A stretch of 10,639 nt of DNA. It comes from Candidatus Heimdallarchaeota archaeon (GTDB lineage Archaea; Asgardarchaeota; Heimdallarchaeia; Heimdallarchaeales; Heimdallarchaeaceae). Every line of letters begins with the position of its first letter. Within the stretch, counting starts at the first letter, position 1. The position numbers were made by a program, and so were the translations under genes. Shown here piece by piece: positions 1 through 6,933 of the stretch. The notes beneath the pieces were generated by a model. That model worked only from the letters and a program-made list of their open reading frames with translations. It made no database searches and was not told the origin of the DNA. The stretch covers positions 1-10,639 of the forward strand of contig DAOVER010000077.1 in NCBI GenBank assembly GCA_030668875.1. Direction: 5' to 3'.

Positions 1-234
1 ATATCTATCAGCTAAAATGCCTGCTGGAAATACGAAAATAGTTAGTACTATTCCCATCGTAAAGGAAGTCCAACCAAGAATTTTATTCGAGTCAGATAAC
101 AATTTAATATAGAGAGATAAAACGTTCCCCATCCATATTCCCCGACCAAAGGATTGAAAAAATGAGTAAAGGAACACTAGCTTTACATTGAAATTCATTT
201 TTGTTTTGGTCTTGGTTATTGCATTTCCTTCCAT
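1..234 (-). CDS. MFS transporter, N-terminal part (runs off the window's left edge)
   Basis: Manual translation from ATG at 234: MEGNAITKTKTKMNFNVKLVFLYSFFQSFGRGIWMGNVLSLYIKLLSDSNKILGWTSFTMGIVLTIFVFPAGILADRY. It has two hydrophobic helices followed by the start of MFS motif A (G-x-L-A-D-R-Y). A GGGAG lies ~10 nt upstream of the ATG. Not in the supplied ORF track. Confidence 0.8.
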   Translation of the reverse strand, partial: MEGNAITKTKTKMNFNVKLVFLYSFFQSFGRGIWMGNVLSLYIKLLSDSNKILGWTSFTMGIVLTIFVFPAGILADRY

Positions 235-331
235 AAATGTAAACTCCCACAAATAGTTTGGTCTTGTAGTTTTGAAAGAAATATTCCATTTAAAAATTTA
301 GTTAAACGGAACAAATTAAAGATGAGTTATT

Positions 332-1816
332 TTACTTTGCTTTCTTGAGTAAAAGTGAAAATGTGGTACCTTTTGTATAGTCTTCCTCTATGGTATTTTC
401 AATTATTACTTGCCCTTTATATCTCTCAACCAAAGTTTTGATTATGAAGAGACCAAGACCTGAACCTTTACCAGTTTTTCTAAATTCACTGTAACGTTCA
501 AAAATATCTGATCTTTTGTCAGGAGGTATTCCTTGTCCATGATCAGAGATTTTCAAAAGATAAGTCGAATCTTCTTTTTCTGTAAGACTAAAGTCAATAA
601 TAATTTCGTCAGCTGGATCATTCTTTACTGAATTGGTTAAAACATTAATTACTAATTGGTCAAAAAGTGTATCAGCTAGAATAACTTGCTCTTTGGTGAT
701 GTTTTCAATATTGATTTTAAATAATTTATTTGGATATATATCTTTCAAATCGGTAATACATTGATTGATGATTTTAAGAAGTTTTACAGGTTTAAGTTCA
801 TAGTCCCTACCTAAATCTCTCTTCATTAGAACAGAAATATTATCAATCAAGTTATCTATTTGTAGAAGAGAAGATTTTGATTTCACTGCTTGATTCTTTA
901 TTTCACTTAAAGTACCTTCTTCATTTGAAGTAGAATATTCTATACACGCCCATATCCTAGCTAAATAATTGCGAAGATCATGTGTGATAATATCTAGAAG
1001 AAGAGTTTTTTCTTCAATTTGTCTCTCTCGCAATTTTCTTGCTACAACTCTGTCAGCAATCTCCCTAGCACTTGATAGAACGTATTTATTCTCTCCATCA
1101 GAAAATAGACTCGAACTCATTTCAACAGGCAACCTATTCCCATCTATCAGTTTTATTTCAATTTCATATGTTAAGAAACCAAACTTAAGTATCCATTGTA
1201 TAGCTTCTTTTCCTTTTTCTTGCATGTCAGCTGGGATTAGATTTTCAGGGTGTAGCTTCAGCAATTCTTCTCTTGTAATTCCTAGCCAAGTACATATTGT
1301 ATCATTTCCTTCTACAAATTTCAACACATTTCCTTCTTCATCGATTTGAATCATGAAAATACTATCATTAGTATTATTAAATAAAAGTTTGAATTTGTCT
1401 TCACTTTCTTTTAATTCTAACTCAGCTCGTTTCTGATCTGTGATATCTATAATACTGACCAAATCAGCTGTTTTTCCATCGAAAATGACAGTTTTAGAAA
1501 AAAGGTTAATATATTTTGGACCTTCAGGTGTGTTGACCTTGAATGAGTGTGAATCTACAACATCATTATCGCCCTTTTGTTTTTTCATTAACTGTTCGGC
1601 TACAAAAGCTCTATCTTTATCGTCTACGGCTTCTAAAATCCCTTTTGCATCCCATTTGTATATCTCTTCAATTGTTACACTAAAAATTTCAGCTGTTGCT
1701 TTATTTGTATACTTCACCTGATCATCCTGAAGAAGAAGTAATCCAAGAAAAGTTTGTTCAGAAAGTAAGTGTAAAAACTCTTCATTTTCATTATCAGATG
1801 AAGTCATATCCTTCAT
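332..1816 (-). CDS. PAS-PAS sensor histidine kinase (HisKA + HATPase_c), cytoplasmic
   Basis: Two PAS-like segments end in IIDITDQKRAE and SAREIADR. H-box THDLRN, N-box INVLTNSVK, G1 ISDHGQGIP, F-box IFERY, G2 GSGLGLFII. No obvious transmembrane segment and no receiver domain. Confidence 0.93.
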   Translation of the reverse strand: MKDMTSSDNENEEFLHLLSEQTFLGLLLLQDDQVKYTNKATAEIFSVTIEEIYKWDAKGILEAVDDKDRAFVAEQLMKKQKGDNDVVDSHSFKVNTPEGPKYINLFSKTVIFDGKTADLVSIIDITDQKRAELELKESEDKFKLLFNNTNDSIFMIQIDEEGNVLKFVEGNDTICTWLGITREELLKLHPENLIPADMQEKGKEAIQWILKFGFLTYEIEIKLIDGNRLPVEMSSSLFSDGENKYVLSSAREIADRVVARKLRERQIEEKTLLLDIITHDLRNYLARIWACIEYSTSNEEGTLSEIKNQAVKSKSSLLQIDNLIDNISVLMKRDLGRDYELKPVKLLKIINQCITDLKDIYPNKLFKINIENITKEQVILADTLFDQLVINVLTNSVKNDPADEIIIDFSLTEKEDSTYLLKISDHGQGIPPDKRSDIFERYSEFRKTGKGSGLGLFIIKTLVERYKGQVIIENTIEEDYTKGTTFSLLLKKAK

Positions 1817-1838
1817 AGCATAATAAGAAAAGAACAGT

Positions 1839-1846
1839 TACATAAA
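1839..1846 (-). promoter_or_regulatory. Possible archaeal TATA box for the histidine kinase
   Basis: Minus-strand TTTATGTA lies 23-30 nt upstream of the ATG at 1816, preceded by an A-rich BRE-like stretch. The AT-rich background makes this weak. Confidence 0.3.
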
Positions 1847-1930
1847 TAGTTTATTAATGTAAGAAAAATGGAAAAAGGTGTACACTGAATATACTGAATC
1901 TAAAAAACGTTTTTCTTCCAATCTTTTGTT

Positions 1931-2059
1931 CTATAAGAATATCCAATAGCTATTACTAGGAATGCTACAAATAATTACTGATAAGAACATAATAACGCCG
2001 ATGAATATTGCTCCTGCTAGAGCTAATACAAGTGTCAGAATGGTATTCTCAAAGAACAC
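1931..2059 (-). CDS. Possible small hydrophobic membrane peptide or remnant (42 aa)
   Basis: GTG start gives MFFENTILTLVLALAGAIFIGVIMFLSVIICSIPSNSYWIFL*, with one long hydrophobic stretch. An adjacent frame continues hydrophobic (FVAFLVIAIGYSYRTKDWKK), suggesting a possible frameshifted remnant. Confidence 0.2.
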   Translation of the reverse strand: MFFENTILTLVLALAGAIFIGVIMFLSVIICSIPSNSYWIFL

Positions 2060-2168
2060 ACATGCTATTTTTCATATCTTACCTTATATTTTGAATAATC
2101 TTCGACAGTTGTTTTTTTCGATTTGTGGAGAAATCCTTTTAGTCAATAATTATTTTGTATGATTTGTT

Positions 2169-3089
2169 ATGAAGAACAAATTCAAACGAATTGTTACTAG
2201 TGCTTTTCTAATGTTGATATTATTATCAAGCATAACAGCAAACTCAGAAGATGACTGGTGGGAATATGTATTTTATGAAGAATTGGAAGTTGGAGACAAG
2301 ATTGAGTGGGAAATAGATACACTCTCCTATGATGACCCTAGAATTGAATCCATGAGTATCAATGAATCAGAAGGAGACATATTTACTCTGGAGGTTATTC
2401 ATAACCCCAATGATGTTACAGTCAATACAGAAGAGTATAACCCCGATCCTAAATCTATCCCTAGTTATTATTTTGAAGAATTGCCGTATAATGCTTATCT
2501 TAATGATGAAAAAATAGTTGAAGGAGATTTATATTTTATTCCGGAATCTAGAAATTACACTAGTTTAATAGCACCTTATTATTTTAGGAATAATACTCAC
2601 GAATTCAATTTCTTCTACCAGAGATTATCTGAATGGGCTGATAATCCTTCATTCTGGGTCAACTCAGGAGGAGCTAATTCAATCTATCTCAACTACACTT
2701 ACCGATACGATTATGTTTCACATATCCAAACTTATTGTTCAATGACTGATAATAGCATTTACAATTTTACAATTATAGAAGATTTTGAGTATGAATACCA
2801 ATTTTATGAAATAGAAATTAATAAAACCTTGCGGGATCTATTGGTCTTTACAATCTCTTATGATGCGAATACAGGCATACTTTTTGAATATGGTGCAACT
2901 CTAATTAGCACGCATATAATGTTCTACGATGATTATATTGATTTTACAAGTATCAATTCCGTTACTAAATTCAAGTTAACATATATTGGTGTAACTAGTA
3001 GAATAGATTTCTATTGGTTTATACCTACTTTGGTCACTACTTTGATCTTTATGGCTTTATTGAGAAGGAAATCAATAAAACTAATCTGA
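2169..3089 (+). CDS. Secreted, C-terminally membrane-anchored cell-surface (glyco)protein
   Basis: N-terminal signal peptide (MKNKFKR + hydrophobic core + TANS). The acidic/aromatic-rich body has six N-x-S/T sequons (NES, NYT, NNT, NYT, NFT, NKT). A C-terminal TM helix is followed by RRK. Confidence 0.8.
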   Translation: MKNKFKRIVTSAFLMLILLSSITANSEDDWWEYVFYEELEVGDKIEWEIDTLSYDDPRIESMSINESEGDIFTLEVIHNPNDVTVNTEEYNPDPKSIPSYYFEELPYNAYLNDEKIVEGDLYFIPESRNYTSLIAPYYFRNNTHEFNFFYQRLSEWADNPSFWVNSGGANSIYLNYTYRYDYVSHIQTYCSMTDNSIYNFTIIEDFEYEYQFYEIEINKTLRDLLVFTISYDANTGILFEYGATLISTHIMFYDDYIDFTSINSVTKFKLTYIGVTSRIDFYWFIPTLVTTLIFMALLRRKSIKLI

Positions 3090-3161
3090 ACTGAAAATGC
3101 AAATATTTAAATAAAATGCTTAATAGCCCGATTGTGCTGTTTACCGGTAGTGTTGCGAAGA

Positions 3162-4046
3162 ATGTATTATCAAAATATACAACCGATTGGTCAGATTAAA
3201 CTAGAACTTAGACGATATTCCAGACATATCGCTTACATGAATTTAAGTGCTATGAGTGTTATTGCTTTGCTCTTTATACCATTCTTCCTTTACTATTATT
3301 ACGCTGCTATAATACTGCTGATAATTATAGGATTTCTATCATTCGGCTTAGGTATCTATAGGCTTTATTGCACTTATAAATTGGCAGTGTCTTTTGAAAA
3401 TCTAGGCTTATATTATATGAGTGAATCTCCTTCTGCCAAAAGAGCTGGACAAATGCTTAAACTTTCCCTCCTCCTAAGTTATCTAGCAGGACCAATTGGT
3501 TACGTATTTGTTACAATATCTTATTATCGAATTGCTGAAACTTTCAAAGAATTACACCATCACGGATTATATCCTAAGAAGGAAAGTAGACTGCTTTTTT
3601 ATTCAGTAATTGGAACATCTGTAAGTTTGACTCTTTACTTCATGTCTATGTTTGTATTTCTGTTATCTTTTTCAGTCGCATCTTTAATGGTTATAGTGAT
3701 TCTCTTTAGTATTTCTGGTATCTTTTCTATTGGATCATATATTGCTAACGTAGTTGGTCATTTCAGGTTAAGTAATGATGTCCTAGAAATCTTGGAGCAG
3801 GCTCCCTCAACAGTTATTTATCAACCTTATCTTCCTGCTCCTCCTGGAGCTGTTTACCACCAACCTGTTTACCAACAACCTGTTTACCAACCTACTCCAC
3901 CTTCCCAATCTCCACCACCTTATCAACAACCAAGTGTGAAACCTACAATAAATGAATCTGAGAAATTCTTCTGTCCAGAATGTGGAACTCAAGTTGAAGG
4001 AACAATCAGTTTTTGTCCGAAATGTGGGATAAACTTAGATTATTGA
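3162..4046 (+). CDS. Multi-pass membrane protein with Pro/Gln/Tyr-rich linker and C-terminal double zinc ribbon
   Basis: Several hydrophobic helices, a PVYQQ-repeat linker, and CPECG...CPKCG at the C-terminus. ATG 3162 is preferred over the in-frame TTG at 3132. Confidence 0.8.
   Translation: MYYQNIQPIGQIKLELRRYSRHIAYMNLSAMSVIALLFIPFFLYYYYAAIILLIIIGFLSFGLGIYRLYCTYKLAVSFENLGLYYMSESPSAKRAGQMLKLSLLLSYLAGPIGYVFVTISYYRIAETFKELHHHGLYPKKESRLLFYSVIGTSVSLTLYFMSMFVFLLSFSVASLMVIVILFSISGIFSIGSYIANVVGHFRLSNDVLEILEQAPSTVIYQPYLPAPPGAVYHQPVYQQPVYQPTPPSQSPPPYQQPSVKPTINESEKFFCPECGTQVEGTISFCPKCGINLDY
3850..3892 (+). repeat. 15-bp coding tandem repeat (~2.8 copies)
   Basis: CTGTTTACCACCAAC / CTGTTTACCAACAAC / CTGTTTACCAACC, encoding AVYHQ-PVYQQ-PVYQP. 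Confidence 0.85.
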
Positions 4047-4110
4047 TGGAATCTGTGTAAACAATTCCTATAAAATTTAAAAACTACTGATACTTTGTTG
4101 CTTATTTATA

Positions 4111-4130
4111 AAAAAAAACTTTATATAAAC
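4111..4130 (+). promoter_or_regulatory. Archaeal BRE/TATA promoter
   Basis: An A-run is followed by TTTATATA (4120-4127), 29 nt before the ATG at 4156. This spacing suits a leaderless or short-leader archaeal transcript. Confidence 0.6.
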
Positions 4131-4155
4131 GAATGCTCTAAGCGGATTGATACAT

Positions 4156-4554
4156 ATGTCAGAAGAAGGAAAGGAACTTACAGGTATTGCAAAGACAATA
4201 TTTGAAGAAGTTATGGATGAAATCGAAGAAGAATTTGAGGACAGTCTTGGAGAGCTTATTGCAGAGGAGAAACTCAAAGCAATAATTCAACAATTACAGA
4301 AAATTGTTGCTGTTAAGGTAGCTGAAACGATTGAAGAAAACTATTCTGAAGATATGAATACTATAAAGAAAATGATTCTAGGAGAAAAGCTTTCTAGAAT
4401 AGTCTCTGCTGGCGCAAAGATAGAACTACAAAAACTTGTTTCAGAAATTGTTGAGAATACTTACGACCTAATCGATGAATTACGAAACGAAATTATTGGT
4501 GAAGTCTTCGAAGAAACTGAAGAAGAGGAAGAAGAACAACACGCTGCTGCATAG
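4156..4554 (+). CDS. Small acidic all-helical hypothetical protein with three ~40-aa internal repeats
   Basis: Clean Glu-rich ORF of 132 aa from ATG 4156 (track starts at TTG 4147). Repeats end in SLGE, ILGE and IIGE, followed by a poly-Glu tail. A good TATA box lies upstream. Confidence 0.8.
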   Translation: MSEEGKELTGIAKTIFEEVMDEIEEEFEDSLGELIAEEKLKAIIQQLQKIVAVKVAETIEENYSEDMNTIKKMILGEKLSRIVSAGAKIELQKLVSEIVENTYDLIDELRNEIIGEVFEETEEEEEEQHAAA

Positions 4555-4609
4555 ATAATAAAATAACGGGATTAATAGATGGTTTTATGTGGGGATTCTT
4601 TTGTCGATG

Positions 4610-4640
4610 AAAAGATTCGACTAAATTGTTGAATCGTTTT
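4610..4640. terminator. Possible bidirectional hairpin between convergent genes
   Basis: AAAA-GATTCGAC-taaatt-GTTGAATC-g-TTTT, an 8-bp stem with one G-U pair, in the gap between convergent ORFs 4156-4554 (+) and 4747-6102 (-). Confidence 0.3.
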
Positions 4641-4746
4641 AGAAGAAAAAACTTCGAAAAAGGAGTTTAGTTTGCTTTGATCCTCTTTTCATATTTTCAT
4701 TCTCAAATAGAAGTAATTAATACCTATGCCATTATTTCAAGTTTAT

Positions 4747-6102
4747 TTAATTTGCTTTTTTACCATCAATTTTTTCTTCAAAATCCTCCCAATCCTTAAA
4801 TGCTTCATCTAACATCGTTAGGAAAGGCATATTTTTTGATACTTCAAACACTGCACCACCTGTTTCCTCAAAATATTCCCCAAACATCTCTTGGTTTTGA
4901 AACATGTTCTCTAAGATTTTTATTGTATAATTAACATCAGATTCACATAATTTAGCAATTTCTTCTATCTGTAAGCGTGGATATTTTGTGGAAATATCAA
5001 TTAAAGTAATTCGGATTTTAAGTTCAGCATATAATTTGTGAAGCTCATTATACAAATCCCAAACCCCTAATTCTCGACATATCTCAAGAATAGGGATAAG
5101 TTCATCATAAGCTGGAGTATATTCTTTGTTTGTTAGATGAGTTTTAATTTCATTTGTTTTTTTAATAATTTCTTCTCTTGTTTTAGCAACATCCTGGTCT
5201 ATTTGGAATTTGAACTCCTTTAACTGAATCTGAATATCATCATACAACATCACATTAGAACCTAGTAATTGAGTTACCGGTATATTAAATAATTCGAGTT
5301 CGGTTTTTTTTATCAAATTGAAAGTTTTTCCTAATTCATTGCTTTCACTATAGCGCTTTGCCTCTTCGGTTTGAGTTGTAATTTTTTGAAGAGTTTCAAA
5401 TCCCTTTTTTTTACTATTAATTAATGAAAGAAAACGGATGGAAATGAAAATAAGACCTAATGACCAGCAGGATAACTGAATTACAGTGTTTAAAATATCA
5501 GGTGCTAAACTCATTTTATCTAAATTAGTTCCATCTACTTCTGCGATTATCAGAGAATATGCATTTGCATCAATAAGATTTAGACCAGAAATATGTTTTT
5601 CTCCAACTCCTACCTTTAGATAATAAATGCCACTAGTTATTGCTGTAAAGTTTAAGATGTCAGTAGTTCTTCCATAATATCCAACCAAAGCCCATGGATG
5701 CTTACTTATGGATATTCCAACATCAAAAGCGCCTTGTGGGTGTAAGAATAGTAGAGAATAGGTTTTATCTTGTTCTAATTCAATTTTAAATTTTTTAGCA
5801 TCATTCAACGAAAGCGGGTGAGAGACGTTTAGTTCGAGTGTTCCAGGATAAGCAAATTGATAAAATGAAATTCCCATAAAGATAATAATTATGAATGTAA
5901 ACGAAATAAGTCCTGTATTAGATCGTCGTTTTTTCTTCAGTAATAGCGACAAACTAAGAGTTAAAATTACAAAACAAACAACTATAAATGAGTCTATAGT
6001 CCAGAAACAAAGTGAAAAAATAACCATGATAAGAGATAGAATTAAAATTACAAAACCAATAAGATATACTTTTGTTATCTTCCCAAGAAATGAAAATTTC
6101 AT
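4747..6102 (-). CDS. Membrane protein: 3 N-terminal TMs, extracytoplasmic beta-rich (PPC-like) domain, TM, helical region and C-terminal PCI-like winged-helix domain
   Basis: Hydrophobic helices at approximately aa 13-33, 38-55, 64-82 and 203-227. Beta-rich segment FDVGISIS...ILNFTAITSGIYYLKV. The C-terminal KYPRLQIEEIAKLCESDVNYTIKILENMFQNQEMFGEYFEETGGAVF...LDEAFKDWE resembles the PCI-like tail I recall from Asgard proteins (pattern recognition, not a search). Confidence 0.75.
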   Translation of the reverse strand: MKFSFLGKITKVYLIGFVILILSLIMVIFSLCFWTIDSFIVVCFVILTLSLSLLLKKKRRSNTGLISFTFIIIIFMGISFYQFAYPGTLELNVSHPLSLNDAKKFKIELEQDKTYSLLFLHPQGAFDVGISISKHPWALVGYYGRTTDILNFTAITSGIYYLKVGVGEKHISGLNLIDANAYSLIIAEVDGTNLDKMSLAPDILNTVIQLSCWSLGLIFISIRFLSLINSKKKGFETLQKITTQTEEAKRYSESNELGKTFNLIKKTELELFNIPVTQLLGSNVMLYDDIQIQLKEFKFQIDQDVAKTREEIIKKTNEIKTHLTNKEYTPAYDELIPILEICRELGVWDLYNELHKLYAELKIRITLIDISTKYPRLQIEEIAKLCESDVNYTIKILENMFQNQEMFGEYFEETGGAVFEVSKNMPFLTMLDEAFKDWEDFEEKIDGKKAN

Positions 6103-6218
6103 AATAATAAATTAAGACTGAGTTCTAAAAATATTGTGCAAAAATTCTTAAAATTGCTGTTTTTTCGATCTTTTTGTTCTAGTATGTAAGAGAACAATCT
6201 ATATGATTTAATTAATAA

Positions 6219-6250
6219 ATAGTGTAGTACTACATTATGGCACTATAATG
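6219..6250. promoter_or_regulatory. Overlapping palindromes, candidate operator
   Basis: Perfect 12-bp palindrome TGTAGTACTACA (6223-6234) extends to 20 bp with one mismatch (6219-6238). It overlaps CATTAT-N6-ATAATG (6233-6250). Confidence 0.4.
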
Positions 6251-6537
6251 CTTAGTGTTCTATCAGAATAGAAATTTATATTTATTCTTGAGCTGTTCTT
6301 TGCAACCTTTCCAATTACGGCTCTTTAGCAAGATGTTCTTGATGCAATCTGGGATTCAGATGGTTTTTTAAGCATCTTCTTATCAGGGCTTTGAAAAAAA
6401 AAGAACCACTAGTGAAAGAAAGAATAATAGCTTCTAGACTAGAAGAATCTATCAGTTCTATTAAAAAGCAAATAAACGCTAATTTATTCGAAGAGAGTGG
6501 AAATGATCCTACATCACTGAAAAACTCTTTGTTTTAA
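6248..6537 (+). pseudogene. Possible decayed ORF remnant
   Basis: ATG 6248 gives MLSVLSE*KFIFILELFFATFPITAL*QDVLDAIWDSDGFLSIFLSGL*. After an A9 run (6394-6402), a shifted frame gives 45 protein-like codons (EPLVKERIIASRLEESISSIKKQINANLFEE...) ending at TAA 6535-6537. No family recognised. Confidence 0.25.
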
Positions 6538-6709
6538 AAATATAACTTAGTATTTTTTTTAAATACATTAAATTTTTTTATTATTTTTTCAGGATTAAAA
6601 TTTTCTCTAAACCAAATTTCTTTTACTTATTTAACAGAGGATTGTCCATAAGTGATTCATTTTTGAGCAAAATTATTGCCAATTTCTACTTGTTTTTCAA
6701 TATATGATT

Positions 6710-6808
6710 TGCATAATGTTTAATCTTATACTTTGACATGCATAATGTTTAATCTTATACTTTGACATGCATAATGTTTAATCTTATACTCTGACATGCA
6801 TAATGTTT
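6710..6808 (+). repeat. 29-bp direct tandem repeat, 3.4 copies
   Basis: Unit TGCATAATGTTTAATCTTATACTTTGACA at 6710-6738 and 6739-6767, a one-mismatch copy at 6768-6796 (…ACTCTGACA), and a partial copy at 6797-6808. No spacers. Confidence 0.95.
6733..6790 (+). promoter_or_regulatory. Two head-to-tail sigma70-consensus promoter motifs formed by the repeat
   Basis: TTGACA(6733-6738)-17 nt-TATACT(6756-6761) and TTGACA(6762-6767)-17 nt-TATACT(6785-6790), oriented toward the ligase gene at 6934. Confidence 0.55.
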
Positions 6809-6933
6809 TATTGAGACATTTATATTTTTTATTAGTTTCAATAAACTGTTTTCAAAAAAATGTTTGTTGATCAGCTTATATTCCATTTACTTGATATTTA
6901 TAATAATGAATAATAATATCTCCAAAAGAGAGG

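Noticed and set aside
104-289. 61-aa minus-strand ORF in the track
   Set aside because: It overlaps, in another frame, the MFS N-terminus (234->1), which carries a recognisable motif.
969-1721. Plus-strand ORFs 969-1349 and 1440-1721
   Set aside because: Antisense shadows of the histidine kinase with Ser/Phe-rich, non-protein-like composition.
1962-2162. 66-aa plus-strand ORF
   Set aside because: No recognisable features and it occupies the likely promoter region of the 2169 gene; probably spurious.
3807-4277. Minus-strand ORFs 3807-3992 and 4077-4277
   Set aside because: Antisense to better-supported genes; their repetitiveness simply mirrors the sense-strand repeats.
5891-6115. 74-aa plus-strand ORF
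   Set aside because: Antisense shadow of the hydrophobic N-terminus of the 4747-6102 gene.
6248-6400. Pyrrolysine/selenocysteine readthrough of TAG, TAG and TGA in the decayed ORF
   Set aside because: A frameshift is also needed, no recognisable family or recoding element is present, and simple decay or chance is more parsimonious.
6710-6808. CRISPR array interpretation of the 29-bp repeat
   Set aside because: Repeat length is CRISPR-like, but the units are directly adjacent with no spacers and there are no cas genes.
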